Shown piece by piece: positions 1 to 12,302 of a DNA stretch of 64,000 nucleotides; positions within the stretch are counted from its first letter, which is position 1; each line of letters begins with the position of its first letter. Source of the stretch: an uncultured Alphaproteobacteria bacterium. GTDB lineage: Bacteria; Pseudomonadota; Alphaproteobacteria; HIMB59; GCA-002718135. The stretch is taken from the NCBI GenBank assembly GCA_902616075.1, contig CACMRK010000004.1:22346-86345 (forward strand), written 5' to 3'. Made by a program: the position numbers and the translations under genes. The notes below the pieces were generated by a model, which saw nothing but the letters and a program-made list of their open reading frames with translations, searched no databases and was not told the origin of the DNA.

Positions 1-732
1 GTTAACGGCTTTGCTTAATAAATATGCAGTAACTGTGGAATCTACACCTCCAGATAAACCACAAATTATTTTTTTATTCTTAATTTCATTTTTTAATTCT
101 GATACTTTATTTTCAATAAATTTTTGAATTTTGAATTTATTTTTTATAGTTACAATATTGAAAACAAAATTATTAATTATTTTTAAGCCAAAATCTGTAT
201 GATAGACCTCAGGATGAAATTGAAGGCAATAAATTTTATTTTTATAATTTTCAATAGATGAAATAATTTTATTATTTGATAAAGAAGTTATTGAAAAAAG
301 TTTTGGTATTTTATTGATATTATCTCCATGAGACATCCATACTTTGATTTTTTGTTTCTTAATTCCTTTAAATAAAAGTGATTTTCTTTTAATATTTATA
401 ATAGTGTGACCATACTCTCTATGCGTGGAACGTTTTACTACACCTTTCAAATTTTTTGTTACTAATTGCATTCCATAGCAAATTGCTAAAACTGGTTTTT
501 TCATTTTTAAAATTTCTTGATTTAATTTAGGAGCATTTTTGTCTAGTACTGATCTAGGTCCTCCAGATAATATAAATGCCGATGGTTTGATTTCATTTAA
601 AATTTTTTTTGTAATTTTATTAAAAGGATAGACAAGACAGAAGACTTCTAACTCTCTGATTCTTCTTGCAATTAATTGTGTATATTGTGATCCATAATCT
701 ACAATTAAAATAGTTTCTAATTTACTCTTCAT
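1..732 (-). CDS. guaA: GMP synthase (glutamine-hydrolysing), N-terminal part; runs off the window edge
   Basis: Not in the ORF track. Manual translation from ATG at 732 gives MKSKLETILIVDYGSQYTQLIARRIRE...ILSGGP...AICYGMQ...WMSHGD...QFHPEV...GLSGGVDSTV, i.e. GATase and ATP-PPase motifs. Confidence 0.93.
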   Translation of the reverse strand, partial: MKSKLETILIVDYGSQYTQLIARRIRELEVFCLVYPFNKITKKILNEIKPSAFILSGGPRSVLDKNAPKLNQEILKMKKPVLAICYGMQLVTKNLKGVVKRSTHREYGHTIINIKRKSLLFKGIKKQKIKVWMSHGDNINKIPKLFSITSLSNNKIISSIENYKNKIYCLQFHPEVYHTDFGLKIINNFVFNIVTIKNKFKIQKFIENKVSELKNEIKNKKIICGLSGGVDSTVTAYLLSKAVN

Positions 733-1321
733 GCAATCTAAATCCTCTTGATATTATAAATATTTCACTTGATTCTTGTCTTGATGATTTTGGCTTAAAA
801 TACTCAACTTTATCAAAAATTTTTTTAAGCATCTTTATAATTTCCTTTTCTTCCTCTCCCTTCCAAATTTTGAATATAAATGATCCTTGTTTTTTTAATA
901 TTATTTCTAATCTGTCTATAACCTCATATATTAATTGACATATCCTGAGATGATCTGTTGATTGATGACCAGTTGTATTAGGAGCTACATCTGATAAAAC
1001 CAAATCAAATTTATTTTTTAAATTAGTAAAATTATATTTTAAAAAATCCTCTCTATAGAAAGCTATACTTTGATTATTAATTTTCATATCTAATAAATCA
1101 AAACAGGTTATATTAGTTTTTGAATTGTAATTTAAGATGACTTGAGTCCAACCTCCTGGAGAAGATCCAAGCTCTAGTATTTCTCTAGAGTGCTCAATTA
1201 TTTTATATTTTTGCTCAATCTCTTCTAGTTTAAACGCAGCTCGATTTATATACCCTAACTGTTTAGCTTTCTTTACAAACTGATCATTTTTTTGTCTATT
1301 AACCCAGTTTTTTGATTTCAT
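722..1321 (-). CDS. rlmE: 23S rRNA Um2552 methyltransferase RlmE/FtsJ
   Basis: RAAFKL, ELGSSPGGW, VLSDVAPN and KPKSSRQESSE motifs; ATG at 1321 preferred over the ORF-track start at 1378. Confidence 0.9.
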   Translation of the reverse strand: MKSKNWVNRQKNDQFVKKAKQLGYINRAAFKLEEIEQKYKIIEHSREILELGSSPGGWTQVILNYNSKTNITCFDLLDMKINNQSIAFYREDFLKYNFTNLKNKFDLVLSDVAPNTTGHQSTDHLRICQLIYEVIDRLEIILKKQGSFIFKIWKGEEEKEIIKMLKKIFDKVEYFKPKSSRQESSEIFIISRGFRLHEE

Positions 1322-1390
1322 AAAAGATAATAAAGTTAACAAAAAATTGTTTTTTAGTAACTTTAATATATATGACATGTACGATATTTA

Positions 1391-2632
1391 ATGAAAAGAT
1401 CAATATTTATAGCCTTTATAATACTTGCCGCTGTTGTTGGATGGATTGGTTCTGGTCAATTTACAAATAATGTTGTTGCGCAAGACGAAGATACAGAAAC
1501 TAGCACTGAAACAGAAACTTCTTATTCTGGAGATACAGAAAATAATGATAATGAAGAATTTACATTTTCTGTTGAAACAAAGGTATTTACTTCCAGTTTA
1601 ATTGATCAATCTATTGAATTACAAGGTCAAACTATTCATAATAAAAAAATTGATGTTAAATCTGAAACATCTGGCAACATAGATAATATAGAATTCGCAA
1701 GAGGAGATAGAGTATCTCAAAATGCTGAAATGATTACAATCTCACTAGAGGATAGAAATGAAAAGCTTTCTAGTGCAAAAAAAGATTTAGAAAGACTCAA
1801 TAAAGAACTAATTTTAAATGAAAAAAACAGAGATAATCTACTTAGACAAAATGTTGAAAGAATTGAATTGTATGAAATTGAATATGCATCTGCAAAACAA
1901 CTTATTGATAAAGGTTTAAGTTCAAAATCAAAATTAAGTTTAGCATCTTTTAATCTTGCCAATGCTCAAGCGGATAGAGAAGATATTAAAATAAAATTTG
2001 AATCTACATTAGCAAACCTTGAGGCTCAAATTTCAAATGTAAAATCAATTTTAAAGAACATAAAACTCGATATAGAAAAAACTACTATCAAGGCGCCATT
2101 TGATGGAATTATTTCAGAAAAAATGGTTGAGCAAACTGAATTCATCTCAATAGGCACTCCCCTATTTACTATAATTGATTTAGACCCTATCAAGATTGAA
2201 GGATATTTATCTGAATTTGATGTAAATAAAGTAAGTGTTGGTACTAAAGCTTTAATCGAAGATAGTAATGGTATTAAAAAAAATGGAATAATTTCTTTTA
2301 TTTCTCCATCAGCTGAAACTAGTACTAGAACATTCGAAATTACTATTGAAGCTGATAACAAAGATCTCTCTTATAAAAGCGGCATAACAACTAAAATTGT
2401 TATCAAAGGCTCAGAACTTAAAGCTCACAAAATACCACCATCTATATTAACTTTATTAGACGATGGGACTGTAGGTGTTAAAGCTGTAGATAATGATAAT
2501 AAAGTTACTTTCTATCCAACCAAAACAATCAAGGATACAATAGATGGCATGTGGGTTTCTGGATTACCCGAGACAGTCAATTTAATTGTAAGTGGACAAG
2601 AATATATAAGTATTGGTGAAACAATAAACTAA
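1391..2632 (+). CDS. RND efflux periplasmic adaptor (membrane fusion protein)
   Basis: N-terminal anchor, long coiled coil, IKAPFDG and TRTF motifs; directly upstream of an AcrB-family gene. Confidence 0.9.
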   Translation: MKRSIFIAFIILAAVVGWIGSGQFTNNVVAQDEDTETSTETETSYSGDTENNDNEEFTFSVETKVFTSSLIDQSIELQGQTIHNKKIDVKSETSGNIDNIEFARGDRVSQNAEMITISLEDRNEKLSSAKKDLERLNKELILNEKNRDNLLRQNVERIELYEIEYASAKQLIDKGLSSKSKLSLASFNLANAQADREDIKIKFESTLANLEAQISNVKSILKNIKLDIEKTTIKAPFDGIISEKMVEQTEFISIGTPLFTIIDLDPIKIEGYLSEFDVNKVSVGTKALIEDSNGIKKNGIISFISPSAETSTRTFEITIEADNKDLSYKSGITTKIVIKGSELKAHKIPPSILTLLDDGTVGVKAVDNDNKVTFYPTKTIKDTIDGMWVSGLPETVNLIVSGQEYISIGETIN

Positions 2633-2637
2633 TCTAA

Positions 2638-5600
2638 ATGAAAATTAATATTATAGACTATGCAATAAGCCATTCCCGAGTTTTCATGGGAATACTTATT
2701 TTTATTATTTTTTCAGGTGCATCTACTTACATCACAATGCCCAAAGAATCATCTCCTGATGTAAGCATACCAATAGTTTATATTTCACTAAGTCAAAATG
2801 GTATTTCTGCACAAGACTCTGAAAGGCTTTTAGTTAAACCAATTGAAGACGAAGTTAAAACTGTTGAAGGAGTAAGAGAAGTAAGATCAACAGCTTATTC
2901 AGGTGGAGGTAATGTTTTATTAGAATTTGATGCTGGATTTGATTCTGATCAAGCTATGGTTGATATTAGGGATAAAGTTGATAGAGCTAAGGGTGATTTA
3001 CCTAGTGAAGCAGATGAACCAACAGTTAACGAAGTTAACATAAGTACATTTCCTATCTTATCCATTTCTTTAAGTGGAGATGTGCCTAATAGAACTCTTC
3101 AGGATTTAGCTGACATTTTGCAAGATGATATTGAAACAATTCCTAGTGTTTTAGAAGCTAAAATAGGCGGTAAAAGAAATGAACAGGTTGACATATTAAT
3201 TAATCCAACTGCAGTTGATAGCTATGGTATCAATCTTGAGAGTCTTATTAATATTGTTAGAGAAAATAATAAAATGGTATCTGCTGGTGGTCAAGACACT
3301 GGTGACGGAAGTTTTGATATTAAAGTTCCAGGTTTATACGAAACTATTGAAGATGTATTAAATACTCCTGTTAAAACTAACGGAGACTCAGTTATTACTT
3401 TCAGAGATATAGCTGAAGTTAAAAGAACATTCGAAGATAGGCAATCTTATGCAAATGTAAATGGATCTAATTCAATAACTATTGATGTTTCCAAAAGAAT
3501 TGGTGAAAATATTATAAATACTATTGAAGAAGTAAAAAGAATAACTGCAATTACTGCTAAAAGTTTTCCTGAAAATGTTGAAATCTCTTTTGGAAATGAT
3601 CAATCAAAAGGAATTAAAACTATGTTAAATAGTCTGCAAAATAACGTCATAGCAGCTATAATCCTTGTTTTAATTATTATTTTAGGAGCATTAGGTGTTA
3701 GATCTGGTTTATTAGTTGGTGTATCTATTCCAGGATCGTTTTTATCAGGTTTATTAGCTCTGTCTGTAATGGGCTTTACTATTAATATAGTAGTATTATT
3801 TGCTCTAATTTTATCTGTAGGACTATTAGTCGATGGAGCAATTGTTGTTGTTGAATATGCAGATAGAAAAATGAAAGAAGGTCTTGGTGTAAAAGATGCT
3901 TTCGCAAACGCATCAAAAAAAATGTCACTACCAATTATATCATCGACTGCAACTACCCTAGCGGCCTTTTTACCTTTAATATTCTGGCCTGGTATAGCTG
4001 GTGAATTTATGAAATATTTACCAATTACACTTATATGTGTTCTTATATCTTCTTTGTTTATGGCATTACTGTTTGTCCCAGTTTTAGGATCTATTTTAAA
4101 TACTGTTTCAAGAATACTTCTCCAATTTATTGTACCATTACTAATATCATTAATTTTTTACAATCTATTATCTTATGGATTTGGATTATTAAATCTTGAA
4201 AGTTATAGTTTATTTATAACAATTGGAAAATATTTACTGAGCTTCGCTTTATTTATATTTGTATTTATAAGAATTATACCAAGAGTTTATAAAATTTCAG
4301 AAAATGTAAATTCTACAGATAAATTAGTTTCTAAAAATGCAAAAATTTTATCTTCAGAATCAAATGAACCTGTTTTAAACGTAACTGGTTTTGTTGGATT
4401 TTATGCAAAAGTATTAAACTTCTTATTATTTCATCCTTTAAAGGTGATGATTAGTGCTTTAGTAATATTAGTTGCTGTAAACTTCACCTATACTAAAGTT
4501 GGAGAAGGTGTAGAATTTTTCCCAGATGTTGAACCAGATCTTGCAAAAATTGTAGTCTTTGCAAGAGGTAATCTCTCAGTTGAAGAGAAAAAAGATTATG
4601 TATCAAGAGTTGAGAATATTATTTTAAAGCTTCAATCGGAAAGACAAGAATTTAAAAATATTTATTCTTTAAGTGGAAATGTAAGTGAACAATCAGAGGC
4701 ATCAGAAGACTTTATTGGATCAATAAGTTTGGAATATACAGATTGGGATAAAAGAAGAAAATCAAAAGTAATTCTTGCAGAAATTTTGGAAGCCACAAAA
4801 AGCATCAATGGTATTAAAGTAGAGTCAAGAGAACAACAAGGTGGTCCTGGTGAAGGTAAACCAATTAACATTAAATTAACCAGTGATAATAAACAACTTT
4901 TAATTGCTGAAGGAATTAAGCTTAAAAAATTTATGGATAGTTATCCAAAGTTAATGAATGTAGAAGATAATTTACCAGCACCTGGGATAGAATGGGAAAT
5001 TAATGTAGATAGAAAACAAGCTTCTAAGTTTGGAGCTAACATTACATCAATTGGTAATGTAATTAAACTTGCAACAAACGGTCTTAAACTTGGTGAATAT
5101 AGACCTGATGATAGTAATGAAAGTATACCACTTTATCTTCGCTATCCAAACGAAGGAAGAACATTGGATAGAATTGATAACTTAAGAGTAACTACTTCAA
5201 ATGGTTTAGTTCCAATATCCAATTTTGTAGAAATTGTTCCAAATAGCAGAACAGGAAATATAATTAGAGTAGATTCAAAAAATGCTATAAATATTCAGGC
5301 AGATGTAGAGCCTGGAACTTATCCTGACGGAAAAGTAAAAGAACTTGAGTACGTATTAGGAATTTCAGATACTGCTCCGTCTTGGAGAGGAAGAACAATA
5401 GATTTACCTCGTTATGAATTGGACAACAAAGTAAGGGCTGAACTTATTGGCGAAAATGAAGACCAAAAAGAAGCTCAAGAATTTTTAACAGGAGCTTTTG
5501 GTGTAGCTTTATTTTTAATGCTAATGATACTTCTATTGCAGTTTAATAGCTTTTATAGTGCATTCTTAATTCTTTTTGCAGTAGTAATGTCCACAGCCGG

Positions 5601-6033
5601 TGTTTTTATAGGATTAATGGTAACAGCACAGCCATTTGGTATTGTTATGTCAGGAGTTGGAGTAATTGCTCTTGCTGGAATAGTTGTAAATAATAATATT
5701 ATATTGATTGATACATTTGATTTTTTAAAGACTAAAACATCTAGTATAAGAGAAGCCATTATCAAAACAGGAGCCCAGAGACTTAGACCAGTTTTACTTA
5801 CAACAACTACAACAGTACTAGGATTATTACCAATGGTTACAATGACAAATGTTGACTTCATATCTAGAGAAATAACCAGAGGTTCGCCAGATACCCAGTG
5901 GTGGGTTCAATTATCAACAGCTATAGTATTTGGGCTACTTTTTGCTACATTTCTTACATTAGTTGTAACACCATCAGCATTAATGTTTAGAGAAAACATT
6001 AAGAATTGGTATAAGAAGAAAATTTCTAGTTAA
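2638..6033 (+). CDS. RND efflux permease, AcrB/AcrD/AcrF family
   Basis: 1131 aa; GLLVDGAIVVVE and RLRPVLLTT motifs. Confidence 0.92.
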   Translation: MKINIIDYAISHSRVFMGILIFIIFSGASTYITMPKESSPDVSIPIVYISLSQNGISAQDSERLLVKPIEDEVKTVEGVREVRSTAYSGGGNVLLEFDAGFDSDQAMVDIRDKVDRAKGDLPSEADEPTVNEVNISTFPILSISLSGDVPNRTLQDLADILQDDIETIPSVLEAKIGGKRNEQVDILINPTAVDSYGINLESLINIVRENNKMVSAGGQDTGDGSFDIKVPGLYETIEDVLNTPVKTNGDSVITFRDIAEVKRTFEDRQSYANVNGSNSITIDVSKRIGENIINTIEEVKRITAITAKSFPENVEISFGNDQSKGIKTMLNSLQNNVIAAIILVLIIILGALGVRSGLLVGVSIPGSFLSGLLALSVMGFTINIVVLFALILSVGLLVDGAIVVVEYADRKMKEGLGVKDAFANASKKMSLPIISSTATTLAAFLPLIFWPGIAGEFMKYLPITLICVLISSLFMALLFVPVLGSILNTVSRILLQFIVPLLISLIFYNLLSYGFGLLNLESYSLFITIGKYLLSFALFIFVFIRIIPRVYKISENVNSTDKLVSKNAKILSSESNEPVLNVTGFVGFYAKVLNFLLFHPLKVMISALVILVAVNFTYTKVGEGVEFFPDVEPDLAKIVVFARGNLSVEEKKDYVSRVENIILKLQSERQEFKNIYSLSGNVSEQSEASEDFIGSISLEYTDWDKRRKSKVILAEILEATKSINGIKVESREQQGGPGEGKPINIKLTSDNKQLLIAEGIKLKKFMDSYPKLMNVEDNLPAPGIEWEINVDRKQASKFGANITSIGNVIKLATNGLKLGEYRPDDSNESIPLYLRYPNEGRTLDRIDNLRVTTSNGLVPISNFVEIVPNSRTGNIIRVDSKNAINIQADVEPGTYPDGKVKELEYVLGISDTAPSWRGRTIDLPRYELDNKVRAELIGENEDQKEAQEFLTGAFGVALFLMLMILLLQFNSFYSAFLILFAVVMSTAGVFIGLMVTAQPFGIVMSGVGVIALAGIVVNNNIILIDTFDFLKTKTSSIREAIIKTGAQRLRPVLLTTTTTVLGLLPMVTMTNVDFISREITRGSPDTQWWVQLSTAIVFGLLFATFLTLVVTPSALMFRENIKNWYKKKISS

Positions 6034-6059
6034 ATTTTTTCTAATAAACATTTAAATAT

Positions 6060-6611
6060 ATGACGATTAAATCTATTACTGTCTATTGCTCATCTTCAGA
6101 TAAATTAAGTAATAAATATTATCAAGATGCAGAAGAAATTAGCAAATTAATATCATCATTGAAAATAAATATTGTCTACGGTGGGGCAAAAGTTGGTATT
6201 ATGGGTGTGGTTGCTAAGACAGCAAAAAAATATAAAAATATAGTTACTGGAGTTATTCCAAATTTTTTATCTGAGAGAGAAATAATTTTTGAAAATATAG
6301 ATGAATTAAAAATAGTGGATAATATGTCTGAAAGAAAAAAATTACTATTTGAGTTAGGTGATGCGTATTTAGCATTACCAGGAGGAACAGGTACTTTAGA
6401 AGAAATAGTAGAAGTTGTATCTTGGAAAGTAATGGGGATTCATAATAAGCCAATAATATTTTTTAATAAAAATAATTTCTGGGATAATCTATTTCAGCAA
6501 TTTAAATTTTTTGAAGATGAAAATTTTTCAAATAAAAATTTACAAAACAGTTTTCACATTATAGATACGGTTGATCAATTAAAAAATATATTAATTAAAT
6601 GGCAAAAATAA
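6060..6611 (+). CDS. LOG-family nucleotide phosphoribohydrolase (TIGR00730-like)
   Basis: PGGTGTLEE motif, YGGA.VG.MG, MSERK. Confidence 0.88.
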   Translation: MTIKSITVYCSSSDKLSNKYYQDAEEISKLISSLKINIVYGGAKVGIMGVVAKTAKKYKNIVTGVIPNFLSEREIIFENIDELKIVDNMSERKKLLFELGDAYLALPGGTGTLEEIVEVVSWKVMGIHNKPIIFFNKNNFWDNLFQQFKFFEDENFSNKNLQNSFHIIDTVDQLKNILIKWQK

Positions 6612-7807
6612 AAGTTAAAAACCCTGTAGTTGAAATGGATGGAGATGAAATGACCAGAATCATCTGGGAGTACATCAAAGAACAATTAATTTTGCCATAT
6701 ATTGATATAGATATCAAATATTTTGATCTTGGGGTGATTAAAAGAGATGAGACAAATGATCAAATCACAATAGATGCTGCCGAGGCAGTGAAAAAATATG
6801 GTGTAGGAATAAAATGTGCAACAATTACTCCTGATGAAAATCGAGTAGAGGAATTCAAATTAAAAGAAATGTGGCGTTCTCCCAATGGAACAATAAGAAA
6901 TATACTGGGAGGAACAATATTTAGACAGCCAATTATATGCAAAAATGTTCCAAGAATAATTACAAACTGGAATCATCCAATTGTAGTTGCTAGACATGCC
7001 TTTGGTGATCAATATAGAGCGACTGACACATTAATTAATAAACCAGGAACTCTTAAAATGGTTTTTGAACCTAAAGATGGATCTGAAGGATTTACAAAAG
7101 ATGTATATGAATTTGAAAAACCTGGTGTGGCCCTATCAATGTATAATTTAGATAATTCAATTAAAGACTTTGCTAGAGCTTGTTTTAATTATGGACTTAA
7201 CCTTGGTTGGCCAGTTTACCTTTCTACTAAAAATACTATTTTAAAAATCTATGATGGAAGATTTAAAGATTTATTTCAGGATGTATTTGATACAGAATTT
7301 AAAAATAAGTTTAAAGAAAAAGATATAGTTTATGAACACAGATTAATCGATGATATGGTGGCCTCAGCATTAAAATGGGAAGGTAATTTTATATGGGCTT
7401 GTAAAAATTATGATGGAGATGTTCAATCAGATTCTGTAGCTCAAGGATTTGGATCACTAGGTTTAATGACAAGTGTGTTAATGACCCCAGATGGTAAAAC
7501 AGTAGAAGCTGAGGCTGCACATGGAACTGTTACAAGACATTATAGAAATCATCAGAAAGGTATAGAAACTTCAACTAATCCTATTGCATCAATCTTTGCT
7601 TGGACAAGAGGTTTAAGTTTTAGAGGAGAATTTGATGGTAATAATGAATTAATTAATTTTGCTAAAAAATTAGAAGAAACGTGTATCAAAACTGTAGAAA
7701 GTGGTGAAATGACAAAAGATCTAGCAATATTAATCAACAAAGATCATAAATGGTTAAACACTCAAGATTTTTTAAGCGCAATAAAAAACAATTTTCAAAT
7801 TAACTAA
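6599..7807 (+). CDS. icd: NADP-dependent isocitrate dehydrogenase
   Basis: [44 protein letters not shown]. Confidence 0.97.
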   Translation: MAKIKVKNPVVEMDGDEMTRIIWEYIKEQLILPYIDIDIKYFDLGVIKRDETNDQITIDAAEAVKKYGVGIKCATITPDENRVEEFKLKEMWRSPNGTIRNILGGTIFRQPIICKNVPRIITNWNHPIVVARHAFGDQYRATDTLINKPGTLKMVFEPKDGSEGFTKDVYEFEKPGVALSMYNLDNSIKDFARACFNYGLNLGWPVYLSTKNTILKIYDGRFKDLFQDVFDTEFKNKFKEKDIVYEHRLIDDMVASALKWEGNFIWACKNYDGDVQSDSVAQGFGSLGLMTSVLMTPDGKTVEAEAAHGTVTRHYRNHQKGIETSTNPIASIFAWTRGLSFRGEFDGNNELINFAKKLEETCIKTVESGEMTKDLAILINKDHKWLNTQDFLSAIKNNFQIN

Positions 7808-10472
7808 TAGAGTTTAATTTATCTTCTACGTATTTTATACTTTCATTAATTTGACTAACATCTGATCCTCCTCCTTGAGCAAGATCTTTTCTACCACCCC
7901 CACCCTTGCCACCTAGAATAATCGAAATTTCTTTTATTTCTTTTGAAGCATCAAAAAGGTCTGTAATATCTTCAGTAACTCCTAGCACTATAGATAGTTT
8001 TTTATTATTATTTGAAATTATTAACGAAACACTATTTTTGTTATATTGTTTTTTTTGCTCATCAATAAATGTTTTCAAAGATTTATTAGGGTAGTCTTCA
8101 GCAATCAAGTATATGAAATTTAATTCTTTGATTTTTTTTACAACAATATTATCAATATTTTTTGATATAGACATATTTTGTTTTAATTTTTCGTGTATCT
8201 GAATTAATTCTTTAATTAACAAACCTTTGTCTTCAGATTGATTTTTAAAATTATAATCAGCATTAATCTTTTTAATTTTATTCTTTAAATCTTCAATTTG
8301 ATTATCTTGGTTTTTATTTTTTTCTAATAAATTTCTATCTATTTCTTTAATATATTTATCCACTGCAACATTAGATACAGCCTCTATTCTTCTTATTCCA
8401 GACGCAACACTAGATTGATTAGTTATTTTAAATTTACTTATTTCCCCTAATTTAACTACATGAGTTCCTCCGCATAATTCTTTTGAAAAGAATGATTGAT
8501 TTTCTTGACCCATTGTTACTACTCTTACTTCATCGCTATATTTTTCTCCAAACAATGCCATCGCACCTTCTTCAATAGCTTTTTTTTGATCCACAAATTT
8601 AATTTCAACAATTCCATTTTTTTGAATTTGATCATTTACAATTTCTTCAATATTCATGAGTTGATCTTTTTCAATTGGATTATTGTGACTAAAATCAAAT
8701 CTAAGTTTTTCTGAATTTACAAGTGAGCCCTTCTGCGTGACATGCTTGCCCAGTATTTTTCTAAGAGCAGCATGTAATAAATGAGTTGAAGAATGATTAT
8801 ATTTAATAAAATCTCTATTCAATGTATTAATTCTTGCTTTAATAGTATCTTCAATTTTACATTCACCACTAATTACTTTACCTATGTGAAGAAAATAGTT
8901 TCCAAATATTTTTGTAGTATTCATAACTTCAAACTTAAAGCTATCATTTTCAAAAAAACCATGATCTCCCACCTGACCACCACTTTCTCCATAAAAAGGT
9001 GTTTGATTTAATATTATAATTGCTTCTTGATCTTTTTTAATTTTATCTACTGGCTTACTTTCAGATATGATTGAAATTATTTTACAATCAGCTTCCATAT
9101 CAGAATATCCTAAAAATTCTGTTGGATCTATTTTAGAAGTTATTTCAAACCAAATGCGTTCATCCTCGATGTCTCCTGTACCTTTCCAACTTTGTCTTGC
9201 TCTTTCCTTTTGATCTAACATTTTTTGTTCAAATGTTTTTATATCGACTTCAATATTTTTACTTTTCAAATAATCTTGTGTTAAATCTAAGGGAAATCCA
9301 TAGGTGTCGTATAATTTAAATGCTACTTCTCCATTAAATATATTTGTTGAGTTAGAAATTTCCTCATCTAAAATTTTAATTCCTTTTTCAACAGTTTCCT
9401 TGAATTTAGTTTCTTCATTCATTAATGTATTAGTGATCAGATCTTTTGCTCTATCTAATTCAGGATATGAATTTTTAATTCCATCTAAAAAAATAGGAAA
9501 TAGCTTATGAAATATAGGCTCTTTATTACCTAAAGAATGAGCGTGTCGCATTCCCCTTCTCATTATTCTTCGTAAGACGTATCCTCTACCTTCATTTGAA
9601 GGCATTACTCCATCGGCAATTAAAAAAGAGGATGATTTTAAGTGATCTGCAATTACTCTGTGACTAGGATTTGTTATTGAACTTTCATCACCACATAGTT
9701 TTGTTGATTCATTTATAATTGGTTGAAATAAATCTGTTGAATAATTATCATTAGAACCATCTAGAAGAGCTGTCATTCTCTCTAATCCCATTCCAGTATC
9801 AATGGATGGTTTTGGTAGATTTATTCTCTCAGATTTAGATATTTGCTCATATTGCATAAATACTAAATTCCATATTTCTATAAATCTATCACCATCTTCG
9901 TTTGGAGAACCTGGAGGGCCTCCTTCGTATTTATCACCATGATCATAAAATATTTCAGAACATGGACCGCAAGGACCAGTTTCACCCATTGACCAAAAAT
10001 TATCTGAAGTACTTATTTTAATAATTTTATTTTCAGACAATCCAGCTATTTTTTTCCATAAATCAAAAGCTTCCTGATCATCAGAATAAACAGTTACTAA
10101 TAGTCTATCTTTATTTATTGCGTATTCTTTAGTAATTAGATTCCATGCTAGTTCTATGGCCAACTCTTTAAAATAATCTCCAAAAGAGAAATTTCCTAAC
10201 ATTTCAAAAAAAGTATGGTGTCTTGTGGTGTATCCTACATTTTCTAAATCATTGTGTTTTCCGCCTGCTCTTACACATTTCTGAGCAGTAGTTGCTCTAT
10301 TATATTCTCTTATTTCTTTACCTGTAAAAATATTTTTAAATTGTACCATTCCAGAGTTAGCAAACATTAGAGTAGGATCATTATCTGGCACTAAAGAGCT
10401 AGAATGAATAACCTCATGTCCATTTTTTTTAAAATAATTGAGAAATATTGACCTAATCTGATTTGAATTCAT
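7800..10472 (-). CDS. alaS: Alanine--tRNA ligase
   Basis: [38 protein letters not shown] editing site, C-terminal GGKGGG. Confidence 0.98.
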   Translation of the reverse strand: MNSNQIRSIFLNYFKKNGHEVIHSSSLVPDNDPTLMFANSGMVQFKNIFTGKEIREYNRATTAQKCVRAGGKHNDLENVGYTTRHHTFFEMLGNFSFGDYFKELAIELAWNLITKEYAINKDRLLVTVYSDDQEAFDLWKKIAGLSENKIIKISTSDNFWSMGETGPCGPCSEIFYDHGDKYEGGPPGSPNEDGDRFIEIWNLVFMQYEQISKSERINLPKPSIDTGMGLERMTALLDGSNDNYSTDLFQPIINESTKLCGDESSITNPSHRVIADHLKSSSFLIADGVMPSNEGRGYVLRRIMRRGMRHAHSLGNKEPIFHKLFPIFLDGIKNSYPELDRAKDLITNTLMNEETKFKETVEKGIKILDEEISNSTNIFNGEVAFKLYDTYGFPLDLTQDYLKSKNIEVDIKTFEQKMLDQKERARQSWKGTGDIEDERIWFEITSKIDPTEFLGYSDMEADCKIISIISESKPVDKIKKDQEAIIILNQTPFYGESGGQVGDHGFFENDSFKFEVMNTTKIFGNYFLHIGKVISGECKIEDTIKARINTLNRDFIKYNHSSTHLLHAALRKILGKHVTQKGSLVNSEKLRFDFSHNNPIEKDQLMNIEEIVNDQIQKNGIVEIKFVDQKKAIEEGAMALFGEKYSDEVRVVTMGQENQSFFSKELCGGTHVVKLGEISKFKITNQSSVASGIRRIEAVSNVAVDKYIKEIDRNLLEKNKNQDNQIEDLKNKIKKINADYNFKNQSEDKGLLIKELIQIHEKLKQNMSISKNIDNIVVKKIKELNFIYLIAEDYPNKSLKTFIDEQKKQYNKNSVSLIISNNNKKLSIVLGVTEDITDLFDASKEIKEISIILGGKGGGGRKDLAQGGGSDVSQINESIKYVEDKLNSIS

Positions 10473-10510
10473 GAAAAGGTATTATAACTTGAAAACTCTA
10501 TTGTCTAAAT

Positions 10511-10538
10511 AAAAAAGCGCCTATTTTGAAATAGGCGC
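10511..10538 (-). terminator. Rho-independent terminator of recA
   Basis: Minus strand GCGCCTATT-TCAA-AATAGGCGC followed by TTTTTT, about 20 nt after the recA stop. Confidence 0.85.
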
Positions 10539-10557
10539 CAAACAAAAATAATATTTA

Positions 10558-11670
10558 CTATTCTTTTATTTCTTCAGCTTCTTTAGCTTCTTTTTCTTTT
10601 TCTTTATTCTCTACTTTTCCTTCCATCATAGCTTTTTCAACTATTCCAGCATTTTGTAGAATTTGATTTTCAATTTCTTTAGCTATAGTTGGATTGTCGT
10701 TAAGAAAGTTTTTAACGTTTTCTCTACCTTGTCCTATTTTAGTATTTTTGTAAGCAAACCATGATCCAGATTTATCAATAATTTCTGCTTTGACACCTAA
10801 ATCAACTAATTCACCTAATTTAGATATACCCTCTCCGTACATTATATCAAATTCAACAACTTTGAATGGAGGTGCAACTTTATTTTTAACTATTTTTACT
10901 CTAGTTTGATTTCCAATGATTTCATCTTTATCTTTAATTGCTCCAATTCTTCTAATATCCATTCTTACAGAAGAATAAAACTTTAAAGCATTACCGCCTG
11001 TAGTTGTCTCAGGACTACCAAACATAACGCCAATTTTCATTCTAAGTTGATTTATGAATACAACTAGAGTGTTTGATTGAGCGATAGAGCTTGTGAGTTT
11101 TCTTAAAGCCTGACTCATCAATCTAGCTTGTAAACCAGGTAATGAATCTCCCATATCGCCTTCTAGTTCAGCTCTTGGGACAAGTGCCGCAACTGAGTCA
11201 ATAATTAGCACATCAATACCCCCAGATTTAATTAAAGAATCAGCAATTTCTAAACCCTGCTCACCTGTATCAGGCTGGGAAATTAATAATTCTTCTAAAT
11301 TTACACCTAATTTTTTTGCATATGCTGGATCTAGAGCATGCTCTGCATCTATAAATGCGCAATTACCGCCTTGTTTTTGTGACTCAGCAACAATATGAGT
11401 AGCTAAAGTAGTTTTACCAGAACTTTCAGGTCCATAAATTTCAATAATTCTCCCCTTTGGAACTCCGCCAATACCAAGGGCAATATCAAGCCCTAATGAA
11501 CCAGTAGATATTGCTTCAATATCTACGTTTGTTTTAGAGCCCAATTTCATTATTGAGCCTTTTCCATAATTTTTCTCTATTAGGCTGACAGCAGCTTCTA
11601 GAGATTTACTTCTGTTTTCTTTATCCATTGAATTTTCGTTATTTACTACTTTTAATTTAGCTTGAGACAT
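10558..11670 (-). CDS. recA: Recombinase RecA
   Basis: GPESSGKTT Walker [22 protein letters not shown]. Confidence 0.99.
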   Translation of the reverse strand: MSQAKLKVVNNENSMDKENRSKSLEAAVSLIEKNYGKGSIMKLGSKTNVDIEAISTGSLGLDIALGIGGVPKGRIIEIYGPESSGKTTLATHIVAESQKQGGNCAFIDAEHALDPAYAKKLGVNLEELLISQPDTGEQGLEIADSLIKSGGIDVLIIDSVAALVPRAELEGDMGDSLPGLQARLMSQALRKLTSSIAQSNTLVVFINQLRMKIGVMFGSPETTTGGNALKFYSSVRMDIRRIGAIKDKDEIIGNQTRVKIVKNKVAPPFKVVEFDIMYGEGISKLGELVDLGVKAEIIDKSGSWFAYKNTKIGQGRENVKNFLNDNPTIAKEIENQILQNAGIVEKAMMEGKVENKEKEKEAKEAEEIKE

Positions 11671-11729
11671 TACATTTCTCCATTAATTTCCTATGTTTTT
11701 ATTAAGATTCTTGCAAATCATGTTTACTT

Positions 11730-11770
11730 GTACACGTTTTGTTCTATTTTTAAAAGTTCTATTTTTGTTC
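11730..11770 (-). promoter_or_regulatory. Two alphaproteobacterial LexA (SOS) boxes upstream of recA
   Basis: GTAC-N7-GTTC at 11730-11744 (GAAC-N7-GTAC on minus) and GTTC-N7-GTTC at 11756-11770. Confidence 0.8.
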
Positions 11771-11884
11771 TTTTATAAAAATATAATTAAATTATTGAAA
11801 ATTATGAATTATTTATAATTAATAAAATTTCAATATTGCTTGAATAAATAAAATCATTTGATAAATCAGCAGCGTTTTAAAATT

Positions 11885-12292
11885 ATGACAAAATTACCTA
11901 AAAATTATAAACCAACTCAGAAAGAAAAATTCATGAATGCCAAAATGAAAGAATATTTTAGGCAAAAATTAGTAAGTTGGAAACAAGATTTACTCAAGGA
12001 GTCATCTCAAACTTTAAATAATCTTCAAAATGAGAATGAAGCAAAACCAGATATAACTGATAGAGCGTCTGAAGAAATAGATAGATCTTTCGAACTTCGA
12101 ACAAGAGATAGAGAAAGAAAATTAATTAATAAAATTGATGCGGCCCTTCAAAGAATTGAAGATGGATCTTATGGGTATTGTGATGAAACAGGTGATCCAA
12201 TTAGTATTAAAAGATTAGAAGCAAGACCAGTTGCAACGTTGAGTTTAGAAGCTCAAGAAATGCATGAAAAAGCAGAAAAAAGAATTAGTTAA
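11885..12292 (+). CDS. dksA: RNA polymerase-binding protein DksA
   Basis: DITDRA coiled-coil tip, ELRTRDRERKL, GYC...RLEARP; ATG at 11885 preferred. Confidence 0.95.
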   Translation: MTKLPKNYKPTQKEKFMNAKMKEYFRQKLVSWKQDLLKESSQTLNNLQNENEAKPDITDRASEEIDRSFELRTRDRERKLINKIDAALQRIEDGSYGYCDETGDPISIKRLEARPVATLSLEAQEMHEKAEKRIS

Positions 12293-12302
12293 TTTTTTTT
12301 AA

